Of a stretch of 64,000 nt of DNA, positions 13,392-31,117 are shown piece after piece. The notes under the pieces were generated by a model. It saw only the letters and a list, made by a program, of their open reading frames with translations, did no database searches and was not told where the DNA came from. The DNA lies in assembly GCF_963853765.1 (NCBI RefSeq), contig NC_088859.1, positions 50,778,001 through 50,842,000 on the forward strand, in the 5' to 3' direction. The position numbers were made by a program, and so were the translations under genes. This stretch comes from Magallana gigas. Lineage: Eukaryota. Every line of letters begins with the position of its first letter. Positions within the stretch are counted from its first letter, which is position 1.

Positions 13392-15755
13392 CATTTCGGA
13401 CCTTGGAGTCAAACTGTCAGATGATAATTTTAGATTCAGTCCCGGTTGTACTATGATTACGACGCCAAGAAGCAGCGCGTGGACAGGGTGGTGGAGAACG
13501 ACGACGGAACCACCAACAACCTGACCATCTACGTGGACTACACAGAGGTGAGCAAATCAACAAATAGTCCGTTCTACAGTTCAGACAAATGGGAATTTCT
13601 ACCCTGATTTTCTGGCCGTTTTTAAAAATTAAGCTTCACTTTTTAGTTTGTTGAAGGCTTTTCAGGCTTTTAGAAAGATAATACTAGCATTTCATGTTTG
13701 CAAAGTTGGTTGCATTGGTTGTTTGTGATTTTCAGCAAGTCGCCCGCTCGATTGTTGGCGGGAAGTGTGTGGTAACCAGTCTAAAACAGGCCACCATGCA
13801 GGAACCATGTGTTCCCGGTAAGTTTCGTGCTGTGGTGGTCAAACACAAGAACAAAAGAGAACATTCAAAACTAATCGCAAACATACTTTTGTATAAACTA
13901 CAAATTCACTGCATAGCCAATTGTAATTTCATGAAAATCAATATCGTACATGGTCATATACTACCGCAGCGCATTTCTAACTGTTACATCCTCGTGCCAG
14001 TCAAGCTACAAACACAAGATACACGTTGAAGGGTTCTGAGTCAGAGATTCTTTGCTTGCAGCAACGTCTAAGTTCGTGGGGACCCGCGTTCTGGGACCGG
14101 CCACTAATGGCGTCAGCATCAACTCGTTCACGGCTGACCTGACCAAGGTCCTCAACGTCACGATGAAGGTGTCCGTCACCTCGGACGACTGTACCCCGGT
14201 GTCTGTGTCGTCATACGGGGTCATGGAGGGAGGTAACTCTTACCTAGTCGTCATACAGTTTTATACCGAGGCTGCATTAAACGATCAATCTGTTTGAAAA
14301 TATGGGATTTTTTTCACTTTCATGTTTTGTTTCATTAACAATTTTTTATTTTTTTTTTTAAGTTTTTTTTTTTATATATATACAGTATCTCGGTTCATTC
14401 TGCTGCCTTTTTAAAACTATGTACATGTATCTCCATTGTCCTGATGCTACAATATTTGACACGCATTTTGTTTTCTTTCAAAACTTGTTTTTCTCTATTT
14501 CAGCTTTCCAGGAAATCACCTATTTCTTCACCAACCTTGTCTACAGCTTACCTCACCAAGTGTTCCACATACCCGCCATATGTCACGGTGTTCACGTGAG
14601 ATCCACTCATTTCTAAGAAATTTTACCAAAGCCTGCAATTACTTTTATTTAAGGAATGAGGAATCATTCGTTGAGTATTATGACGAGATAAAATACGATC
14701 AGGGTGATCAAATTAAATAAACCCAGGAGGGATTTATGATAGATTGGATCACGTTCGATCGTATTAATTTCATAATATTCAAAGAATGATTCCTGATTGC
14801 TTATAACACTGTGTCGAATACTTATGCCAGTGCCAAGGTGGCATTTTTGCACCCGCTTAAGATGCAGTTTCGGAAAAAATCCATATATACCAAATGATAA
14901 AACACTGTCTAAAGGGTATATAACCACTTCTGTTTTTAGTGTGTTTACCCGACATATGAGATATTTACCGTTATTAATATCCCATAGGAAAATGATAACT
15001 CCCATAGGAAATATTATTTTTCTACATGAAAAGGTTTTTCTAAAAATCCTATAGGAATTATATTTCCAATAGGATAATGGTGTTTCCTTCAGAAATTTGA
15101 TTCAGCCAGGTTGTTTTCCTATAGAAAATTAAGATTTCCTATCGGATTTTATCAAATCCTATCGGAATTGAAATTTCTATAGGAAGTTCTCCGATAGGAA
15201 ATTTGAAATTTCCCATCGGAATATTGTTTTTCCTATGGGAAAAATTATTTTTCTGTTGGAATTTACTTTGAAAAGGAGAGATACAATGATAACGAAGGTT
15301 AACTTTTTAAGCAATGGTCTATCATACGGCATATTTGAATTTTTCGATATATGCAGCTTATAGAGGGGGTGCAGAAATGCCACCTTGGCAATGGCATAAT
15401 TATCTGGCACAGTGTTATATATACATACATGCAAGTTTCAGCATCAGTACAATTTAATATTAAAATAGTCATTAACGAATTGTATTGGGACATACATTAC
15501 AAAATCGATTTGTTGTGTTATCATAGATAAAGACACTGGAAAATGTAAAGCCTACTTCGTTTGTTCTAAAGACGTTGTTTACAAGTTAGAGTCGTGTCAC
15601 TTACGTGTTGTATGTCAGTGATAAAGTTGACGTACTCTTTTGATAGTTGACAATCTTGATATTGAATTTTTTGTTTTTTCTGTTTTTAGGCCCCTCCTGT
15701 GGGACGAGACCTTCCTTTGTCACCAGCTCTCAAGCGATATCTAAACCTCCAATAA
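13168..15755 (+). CDS. Ependymin-related protein (EPDR-C), 6 coding exons, ~225 aa
   Basis: Exons 13168-13320, 13434-13547, 13736-13817, 14062-14232, 14504-14595, 15690-15755, total 678 nt. MVKEVFVLLAAVAAALGADPTPCCVHHQF...LYYDYDAKKQR...GKC...EPC...DDCTPV...FFTNL...VFHIPAIC; last exon APPVGRDLPLSPALKRYLNLQ*. If the GTGAG donor at 14596 is not used, the protein ends at 14616. Confidence 0.85.
13350..13386. repeat. (TC)n microsatellite in EPDR-C intron 1
   Basis: Pure TC run. Confidence 0.95.
14802..15419. mobile_element. TIR MITE (~120-bp arms) with an inner palindromic element at ~14980-15240
   Basis: TATAACACTGTGTCG...GCCAGTGCCAAGGTGGCATTTTTGCACCC versus GGGTGCAGAAATGCCACCTTGGCAATGGC...CACAGTGTTATA. 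Inner arms TCCCATAGGAAA ... TTTCCTATGGGA with CCTATAGG-type subrepeats. Confidence 0.7.
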
Positions 15756-16318
15756 ACCGCTTTTTGATACACGTTTGTTGTCATGTTGCTATTCTTTATA
15801 ATAACTGAGGGGTTTAGGAAGTTGATCATACTCTTTATATGATAAATCCATAAATAAAAGAACAAATGATGCATTGAAACGCCGCATTGTGTTTAATAAT
15901 GATAAATTAATAATTTAATTATTATACATTTTCCACAGAGCGATGTTAGCAGAAAAGGGAAATTAAAAAATGCTTAATTAAATTTTGTCTACATTTTGTA
16001 TATACATGTATGCACACGTAGCGGTTTATTTTAGGTAAATTAGCAAGGGTGTTATTGTAATCAGATAAAGTTAGGTTAACAATATTTTGCTTTTAGTATC
16101 ATTACATAAAAAGTAAAGTTTCATAGTGAAAAACAGGCATGTAGCATCGTTTTTTTAAAGTGGGGGGGGGGGGGGGCAGACTCATCCAAAAAATCTTGAC
16201 AAGCCAACAAAAAAAAAGGGAAAAGGCTACTTCCCAAGATCCTGAAAATCCTAATCCGGGGGGGGGGGGGGGGGGGGGCAAGTATCCTTTTCAATTCAAT
16301 TTCACTGTTTATCTGTTT

Positions 16319-18259
16319 CACCACGTATAACACAACATGCGTGGTGTATGCTATGTTGTACACGGGGTGTAGGCTTCCGAAGCGAGAAAACGGTGTCGAA
16401 GGTACGGTATTTGTCCAATTAATAAACAAAAGGACTTATTTTGCCAAAAAGAGTATGCTTACGGAAGAAAGCATGAATTACGGAATACAAAGACACGTTT
16501 TATTCCACTGTACATGTTCTAGTTTTCTCAAACACCTCAACACAATTCCGACAGTCAGGGTGAGTTTGACCCTGACGTACGTTAATGATCAAATATCTGG
16601 ACAAAGGTTCCGTTTATCATCTTTGTTTTGATACTAACAATTACATACTATCAGTGTTTGATTATTCATAAATTTTCTGTGAATAAAATCAATCGAATAC
16701 AGAAATATTTGCGAAAAAGTGATGTTGTACACGGGGTGTATACAACGTGTTGTACAAGGGGTGTATACAATCGGTTTTTATAACGAGTTAACGACACTCT
16801 AAAGTCTTGACAAGTATATTAGAAAATATCTGTAAACGAAATTATTAAACTAATTGCTTAACAAAATTGTCAAATTCCCATTTAATAATTTCAAGTTCTT
16901 ATTCTGTTGTAAAACACAACAAAAATTACAGGTTCTGATATGAGGATTAATTTAGTCAAAATACTCAAATACCAGGCTTTGAACACGCCTTCTTATGTCT
17001 GTTGAGAGAGGACCTGTATTTAAGCAATTTCCCGCAACAGCAAAGATATGCAGGAGTGGTTCATGGGTTTGTTTTCTTGTACACTTTCAGGCATCTTCTC
17101 AATGCATATTTTTTGTCGCAATAATGGCAAGAATACCTCTGTTCTGATTTCTCCTTTGTGCAATGTTTCAAATGTTCTTTTAAATTTTTAAAGTTTTTAT
17201 TGCAAATGGAGCGGTGCTGTGCCTTTTCTTCATGAGAAAACAAATGCCGTTTTAAACCGTAATGGTCTTTGAATTTACTTTCACATATGCTACATTCATT
17301 ACCCCCACCCTTATGCTTAAACTTTATATGGTTTGACAATGCACATGCAGTGAGACCATGCTCGACCACAATTGGGACAGAGGAGGTTTTTTGGCTCTGT
17401 ATGGACATTTCTAATATGAAGATTCAAGTAATGTCGCGTGGCAAATATTTTTGGGCATTGATTGCATTTAAACAGTTCATTTTTGTGATTATTCAGGTGT
17501 TTATACAAGGACGATCCATGTTTAAATGACTTTGAGCAAAATTCGCATATAAAGGATTCTTCTTCATCATGAACTTCCTCTTTATGATCAATTTCTATCT
17601 CCATCTGCAAAGCAGTTTTGGACTAATTTAAAACATTTGATCAAAATATTTATCAATATACACTGTTGAAAGTCTGTACCTACCGTGTGTTGATCTAACC
17701 AAGCTCTATACATGATAATCTAGAATGATCCAAGACAATGTAAAGATCTACATTATCAAAATAAATAGGCATTAAACATTTTCCATTAATATTATGCACT
17801 AGTCTCTGCAAGAAAAACCGATTGTATACACCTCTTATACACCCCGTGTACAACATCACTTTTTCGCAAATATTTCTGTATTCGATTGATTTTATTTACA
17901 GAAAATTTATGTATAATCAAACACAGATGGTATGTAATTGTTAGTAACAAAACAGTGATGATAAACGGAACAATTGTCCAGATATTTGATCATTAACGTA
18001 CGTCAGGGTCAAACTCACCCTGACTGTCGGAATTGTGTTGAGGTGTTTGAGAAAACTAGAACATGTACAGTGGAATAAAACGTGTCTTTGTATTCCGTAA
18101 TTCATGCTTTCTTCCGTAAGCATACTCTTTTTGGCAAAATAAGTCCTTTAGTTAATTAATTGGACAAATATCGTACCTTCGACACCGTTTTCTCGCTTCG
18201 GAAGCCTACACCCCGTGTAAAACATAACATACACCCCGCATGTTGTGTTATACGTGGTG
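16319..18259. mobile_element. Non-autonomous DNA transposon with ~450-bp TIRs, CAC...GTG termini and 5-bp TSD (Transib-like by termini and TSD only)
   Basis: Left TIR 16319-16779 and right TIR 17813-18259 are reverse complements (mirror ORFs at 16341 and 18123). TGTTT occurs at both 16314-16318 and 18260-18264. Confidence 0.85.
17061..17610 (-). pseudogene. Frameshifted multi-C2H2 zinc-finger ORF inside the TIR element
   Basis: ORF 17610-17317 (CEFCSKSFKHGSSLYKHLNNH; CNQCPKIFATRHYLNLHIRNVH; CPNCG) continues in another frame in ORF 17408-17061 (ALSNHIKFKH; CSICESKFKDHYGLKRHLFSH; CHYCDKKY). One finger has lost a Cys (HRSICNK). Confidence 0.8.
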
Positions 18260-19065
18260 TGTTTATTTCCTTATTTCATACTTGATTTTTACATGGTCAC
18301 AGAAAAGTGGGGGGGGGGGCCCATATTATTTCAATTTTTTGTATGTGAATTTAAGAAAATCTTTGCTGCGCAAACAGTGGGGGGCCAGGCCGCCCCTGCC
18401 CCCCCCCCCCCCCCCGGATGCTTCGTGCCTGAAAAATGTGCCTTTGATACTCTATCGTTACTTTATTAAAATCTAAGCTAATGAAACGATCCATAGATTA
18501 TCACTCAATATTTGGATCCATCAACTATCCGTGCTCCGACTTGTCCCAACAACCGCCTGTCGTAAAGCTCTGTCCTGGAGAAGATATGATGAATTATGAC
18601 CACCCAGATAAAACGAGAATATCAAGAGGGGTCCGTCTAAAACCAATATATTAAGACCTCTGTGTCAATCTCATGGGCATGAAAAAGAAGAACCTAAGTA
18701 TAATCTAAATAAACTTTGATTTAAATTTAACCCGCCTAACATTAACGTATTGGATAATAGCTTCTCATTTAATTTCACCCACACGATCTGATATTTAGTT
18801 GTAAATAACTTTAAAGGTCCCGCTGTTTGATAAAAATTCCATAACATTGTCCTAGGAATTAAAGCACGCATCTCGGTAGTCCGAGGGATTTATGGGATCA
18901 GCGCCACTTAATCGTCACCGAATTCCGATCGGAAACATTTTTTCATTAGTAGACAAACGTACTGCACGTTGACACCCTGGTCTCTCGAATTCCAAAAACA
19001 ACCTGTCAATTCAGGCCGAGATCACGGGGCCTGTCATCCCTCCACAGCTGTTGGATGTGATCATC

Positions 19066-20837
19066 ATGGGATCCGCTGCCTCCAAAAGAGTAGAACCACT
19101 GCACTCGGGCCTAAACGGCGATTGCCCGAGGGTCAGGGCCGAGGACAAATTCTCCACAGTTGATGAGCACGCAAGAAAGGTACAGTACTAGTGCATTTTT
19201 CTTAGACTTGTGCCTGAAAAGTAGAGAACTGAAAAAACATACATTCCGAGATTCTACACTAAACCTACTATTAACTTTTAACAAAATCTGAACTACTGTA
19301 ATCTGTTAAAGGTACAAATTAATCCAACCGTTATCTTTGATATATATAGCTATTGGGACAAACAATCAGGATTATTTTATACAAATGAAGTTTAGCTGTA
19401 ACAGTAACACCTGTCTTAGTAAGGCATTTATTTTTGCACCTCATTTAAAATCGGATTAATTTAACAGGCACCGACATCTTTGATGACGTCAGACCAGGAT
19501 CTCATCACTTATTTTTGCAGAGAGTCAAAAGATGACGTCAACAAGATTCGAGCAATTTACATCTGGATCATTTCAAATAGAAGGTGAGTGGTGAATAAAA
19601 TTTCAAAAAATTTAAAGTAGGACAATGTAAAGATACTGAACTCTGTGTTATGTGTATTTACAGACATTTAGAGGAACTTGCCAAAAATGAAAGGAAAGAA
19701 GGAGAAAAATTAGCAGAAAAATTCATTTCCTTGACCAAGTAAGACCCTGTCTATCATATTGAAAGCTGTTATAATTTCAAGACACACTGATATTTAGCTC
19801 AGAATTATATTCTTGCTTGTCATTTTAGAATTGTCGGTATCCAGTCCAGAGTGATCACAGGTTTACACAAGGCTCCCTCAAACCAGAGCGACTCAGGCCC
19901 TACTGTGTGTGGAAACCACTGCTGGAATGTCGTACATTTGGCGGGAAACTGGCACGTGGTTGACTGTCTGTGTGGAGCCAGTGATGTCTCTGTTGAATCA
20001 TTTTACTTTCTTCCGGATCCGGAACAGTTCATCAACAACCATTTCCCCCTGGACATAGACCAATCATGGCAGTTGGTACGAAATCCAATTTCTCTTGAAG
20101 AGTTTAACCAAGCGCCACTTATTTCTGAGATTGCCATGGTGCGCGGAGTGAGTTTATTGTCTCCAAAGTCCCGGATTATGAACGTTCACCAGTCGTTGGA
20201 TTGTACGATAAAGGACCCGAGAGCTGTACTGACAGATATTGCTGTCGTCTTAAGTTCAGAGGATGGACTCATACATAACGAGTTTGTTTTCATCTCTAGA
20301 ACCGATGTGAATACCTATGTGATAAATGCCACGCCTCCATTTGCAGGTAACTTCCGGTTAACAGTGCAAGGGAAACTCTCAACAACGAGGATAGAAACTA
20401 TAACGGAGCTCGTACTTCTGTGTGTGTCCGTAAAAAAACGGGTCAAGAAGTTTCCTAAAGATTATGAAACATGGGGAATAGAACCGAAATTTCCAGAAAT
20501 CGTTCAAGATTTGTGTGACGTTCCAAGGACATTCCAAGAGGTGAAGGACGGGAGATTGGACTGTTCCATCTCCACACGAACCAAGCTGGAGGTGTACGCC
20601 TCGCTGAAATGGCTGGGGGACGGACGGACGCTGGACGATCACGTGGGTACAGAGAGCACTCCTTCAAGAATCAGGCTGAAGTCAGTCCTTCCAAAGAAAG
20701 GGTTCTACAGAGTGTGTCTGTTCCTCCGGAGAACTGAGCTGTTGTATCCAGTGTTATACCTTCTGGTGTACAATAAGAAAGAGGTTTCCAAGGACACGCC
20801 TCGCCTTGGTTACTCCAACATGGAAGTGCTTGTGTGA
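19066..20837 (+). CDS. Kyphoscoliosis peptidase/hillarin-like transglutaminase-fold protein, 4 exons, ~437 aa, probably catalytically inactive
   Basis: Exons 19066-19179, 19468-19583, 19664-19738, 19829-20837, total 1314 nt in frame. Motifs KIRAIYIWI, GNHCWNVV...WHVVD, FYFLPDPEQFINNHFP...WQL, then beta-rich C-terminal repeats typical of KY/hillarin. Confidence 0.82.
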
Positions 20838-22121
20838 TCACTGCATGGGAGAGCAAGTCGATGAAATGACCAGTGAATGCTTTACTTAGTGTTACAGTAG
20901 CCAAAAATGGATATCTTGCGAGACGCCTCATAATTTTAAGCATTAACAAAGCTATATATTTTCTATGAATTAATATGTTGTTGGGTTTTTTTTCAGACTT
21001 CATAGCTAAAAATATATTTTGATGATAATTATAATTTGGTTGGACCGCAATTCAGTGTCATTAGCTTGACTAAAAATTTTTTTTGATATATTTGACATGT
21101 AACTGACGACGAGTGTGGAAATGTAATTTATTAAAATAAAATGCGCCTGTAAATAGTATATATTTAGTTTGTTGTTCACATTCAGACTCAAATGTAATCA
21201 GTCAAGTTTATGTCTTTTATATGAACTAAGACTAAAGTGGCTGTAGTGTTTAGATCTCCAAACATTCTACATGACTCTTTTATTTAGGCTTCTAAGCAAA
21301 AGTTAATTTAATTACTAGGTAAATAACACGAATTTCATGTAATTTTTATGCAAGCAATGTTAACCTTGGCCGAAACCCCTCTCATCTGTCAGTCTTTCAG
21401 AAATAATTTATCTTTAAAGGAAACAAAGTTATTGAATCAATGGATTTCACCTGTGAACAAGTGATGGAGGAATTGACCTTTGAATCAATCTGATATGGAT
21501 CTGATAACATCGATTACGGGAAGCAAATATCGGTTCATCGGACCTGGGAGCTTATTGTACCTAGTTCTTTAAAATGAATCAACTTCCTACATTATACTAG
21601 TACCACGTAGTTCTCTACGCTATATCTGATTCAGGGCGTATTGTATACGAGACAGGGGTCAGTTTGTACATGTAATATGTAATTGTAAACAAAACAATTA
21701 CTTAGTATATCAGCTAGGGACGTACATACCAGTATATAGCGTCCCTGATTATTTCAACTAATTACGTATTTATTTTGGGATGATAATTATTCTGTGACTT
21801 TAGTTGGTATATGTTCACTGAAGAGAAACGGAAGTTTACATTCTAACGTAATGACGTAGTATAAAGTCACCATTGATGGAGGGTTTAGTTGGATAAAGGA
21901 TTTCCTATATGAGTTTATACAAAACAGTTTATTCGATATGGGTACAAATACACAGGAAGTCCCCGCTTATCTCATTTACATTTTACGGAAACTAGAGCAG
22001 TATGGTCACATTGGTGTAAACAGCAATAGCTAACTTAAATATTTAGTATTTGAACCTATTCATGAGTCCATAATTTCATAATACTTTTCTTATAGTGTCA
22101 TTTTGAAAGGATTTATAAACA

Positions 22122-23213
22122 ATGGCTGATAACGACACGGTCCCTGAATATTGCTACTCGTGGCTGGAGGAGAGGGTCTCTGTTAACGCCACGCTACATG
22201 ACGTCAATGGACAGTTCCAGGCCAGAAACATTGGCGGGATCGTCTTTGTCTCTCTGCTCTGCATAGCTGGTGTCTTCGGAAATTTTCACGTGCTGTTAGT
22301 GTTTTCCCGCCATTACAAGCGATCGTCTTACCGGACCTACATCTTGTTCCTCGGGGCTCTAGACATGACAAACTCCGCCATCAGTATGCCACTGACGATA
22401 GTGTATCTAAGCTTCCCTCTGGAATACTTCAACGACTTCTTCTGTAAAATATACAGGTTCCTGCTTTATTACGTCAGTATTGCCTCTACACTCATCTTGG
22501 TCATTATAGCGGTTGATCGATACAGGAAAATTCGAACACCCCTTAAGCGTCAATGGACAGAAAAACAAACTTTTCGGTTTTGTATTGCAGGTCTGGCTTT
22601 TGGGTTACTTTTTGCGTGGCCAGCACCTGTTCTTTACGGTGGAAGTTCTGTGCCTTTACCAATTAATAATTTGACCGGGAACCGGTGTTACATAGAGGAT
22701 CAGTTCAAACACATGCCGTTTATTGCTATATTTAACATTATACTTTCGTCCCTATTTGTTTTGATACTATCTATTCTTACGACCCTTTATCATTACATTT
22801 GGAAAGCAGTGAAGAAGTTCGTCTATTTCCCCACAGATGTCGGGTCGGTGTCGTCGTTAACACATTCGACTTTGGTTGAACTCGATAAAAAATGTTCCAA
22901 TAAAGAATATCACAAAGAGAAGAACCCGCGGTACATACAGCTCCGGCGAACCACCATAACTCTCCTCCTGGTTACCGTTGGTTACCTGGTCTCGGCGTTC
23001 CCCCACCATGGTTTGGCGCTGGTCATCTTTGTTTTTCCGGATGTAGAGTGTAAGATGTCATTCGGTGCAGGTGTGATATACTACACATTTGTGTGGATAT
23101 TCCTCGTGAACAATGTGATCAACCCAATTATTTACTCACTTTCAGACGTGAAGTTTTTGAAAAGATTGAAATCGATGTACAATTTTAAAGCGATCAAATG
23201 TAATGGAACATGA
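22122..23213 (+). CDS. Intronless class A (rhodopsin-like) GPCR, peptide-receptor-like, 363 aa
   Basis: Seven hydrophobic segments; GN in TM1, LGALD in TM2, CK...AVDRY in TM3, W in TM4, NPIIY in TM7; N-terminal NxT sequons. Confidence 0.92.
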   Translation: MADNDTVPEYCYSWLEERVSVNATLHDVNGQFQARNIGGIVFVSLLCIAGVFGNFHVLLVFSRHYKRSSYRTYILFLGALDMTNSAISMPLTIVYLSFPLEYFNDFFCKIYRFLLYYVSIASTLILVIIAVDRYRKIRTPLKRQWTEKQTFRFCIAGLAFGLLFAWPAPVLYGGSSVPLPINNLTGNRCYIEDQFKHMPFIAIFNIILSSLFVLILSILTTLYHYIWKAVKKFVYFPTDVGSVSSLTHSTLVELDKKCSNKEYHKEKNPRYIQLRRTTITLLLVTVGYLVSAFPHHGLALVIFVFPDVECKMSFGAGVIYYTFVWIFLVNNVINPIIYSLSDVKFLKRLKSMYNFKAIKCNGT

Positions 23214-23579
23214 AAATATTGTCTTTTACAATATCGTTATCTGAAAATAGGGATGTTTTCATATGTTATCGGTTTCAGTAAGCACTTCCGGTCCAGTGCC
23301 ACCCATACAGTACCGAATGAGTTTGATCTCTGACCCATTTGGTCCTAACGATTTCATTGTCTACCCGGAAATAACAATTAAAAAACATTTTTAAAATTGT
23401 CACAATTTAAGTGTGTGTGCAACGAGCATTATACATTTATAGCGTTCTTTCAGCATGTTTCTGCTTTATAAGCGTGAATATCGTGTACATGATTAACTGT
23501 ACGGAATGTTGTGTGAGGATTTGGAATAAATATCATTCGACAAAAATAAAACGGTTATTTTTCTCCAAGATAGAAAGAA

Positions 23580-23580
<1 letters not shown>

Positions 23581-23634
<54 letters not shown>
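23581..23634. repeat. (TC)n microsatellite
   Basis: Pure TC run. Confidence 0.95.
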
Positions 23635-23637
<3 letters not shown>

Positions 23638-24448
23638 GACGTTGTTAAACAACTTAATAATCTAAAAATAATTAAGATAGAATAATTGTTTTAAGTCTTA
23701 TTGTACGCGTTTGAACTTATGCATTAAGGTGGAATAACACACTTGGAAAAAGTCACTCAAATAAACAGCAAATTATTTGGTTATGAAAAATAAATTAAGA
23801 TATAATAATAAATTAACTGTACATATGTCAAGTAAGCAGTTTGAGGATAAAAAATGTTTTGAATATCTTTAAAAAAATTTAATTCGGTAAATAACAACAA
23901 AAGCCACTGCGGGATTTGATCTCGGGATGTACGGATTGCAAACCCGACAGCTTTTCTACTCGGCTACGGAGTAAGATATATGTTTCCGTCGATTAAAACC
24001 TTTTAATAAAACGAAATGTCTTTTCGATTAGCAAGGTCAGTCATTCTGTGACGATGCGTTATTTCACCATAATATTAAAAAATCTTATTTTCATTTCGTT
24101 TGCCAAATTTCATAATACCGAGTTTAGGTTTACATATGTAATTCCATAGTTTACAGCTTTTTTTTTTTCTTTTTTAAAAATTTTTTGTTAAAATTTATTA
24201 AGGTATATATATAACACACACGCCATTCAAAATAAAAAAAAACAAAACATGACTTATAAAGAATAAATTTACAAATATTATCTTGAAAAAAAAAAACCAA
24301 ACCAAAAACAACATTTCAAAATTTAACAGGTATTTTGTGTGGTGTAATAGTTTTATACAACTCAGTTTGACAAAACAAAACTTACATGTTATCAATTATG
24401 TTCGGGCTCGGTCTCTAATTTGCACACGACACCAAAAGTAAGATAAAG

Positions 24449-30574
<6,126 letters not shown>

Positions 30575-31117
30575 ACCTGACAGCATGCTTGACAGAGATC
30601 ATAGACACTGGATTTGTTTTGTGATTCTAATGATTATTATGATTTGTATATTCCCTATATCTTGGAATGTGCATAGAGATTTTTTCTGAATGCACAGAAA
30701 TGCAAGAATTGTTATGATATTTTGTACTTAAAATGATTAATAATTAAAAAAATTCGAAACAAATGCTAGTGCTCATTGCTTTATTAAAAATATGTTTTAA
30801 AATACACACCTTTTCATCATGAAATTACTACAAATTAAAAAATATTCTACTTCAATATTGTTGTAGGGTTGACTTTCAATAGATTAACACTTGAAGCCAA
30901 AAAGATATCGTTAGGAAAATGTCCTTGATGCCATCTTACGTTTTATTGCTTGTAAAGATCCATTAGTTAGATATTGATATATGAAATACTTTTTTTTACA
31001 TTTTTTCACTGATAATGCAAATTATGCATCAAGATTAATACAATGAAGTTCAAATTGTTTTAATTTTGCGTTGTTAAGGTTTGTCATAAGGATAAAGACT
31101 ATCTCTATGCATCGTAT

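Larger units (their letters stand above)
16134..18431. mobile_element. Poly-G-containing MITE (CAGGCA...TGCCTG ends) interrupted by the long-TIR element
   Basis: Ends CAGGCATGTAGCATC and GATGCTTCGTGCCTG are inverted. A related copy lies at 60948-61199. Removing 16319-18264 rejoins the internal sequence. Confidence 0.7.

Noticed and set aside
14807-15414. CACTGTG / CACAGTG pair resembling V(D)J RSS heptamers
   Set aside because: They are MITE TIR termini; the canonical heptamer points the wrong way and I saw no nonamer at 12/23 spacing.
16341-18123. Near-identical ORFs 16341-16631 (+) and 17941-18123 (-) as duplicated genes
   Set aside because: They are mirror translations of the two TIRs with no recognisable domain.
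16160-18420. Poly-G/poly-C runs as functional G-quadruplex elements
   Set aside because: They are internal features of a common MITE, also seen at 60948-61199, with variable homopolymer lengths.
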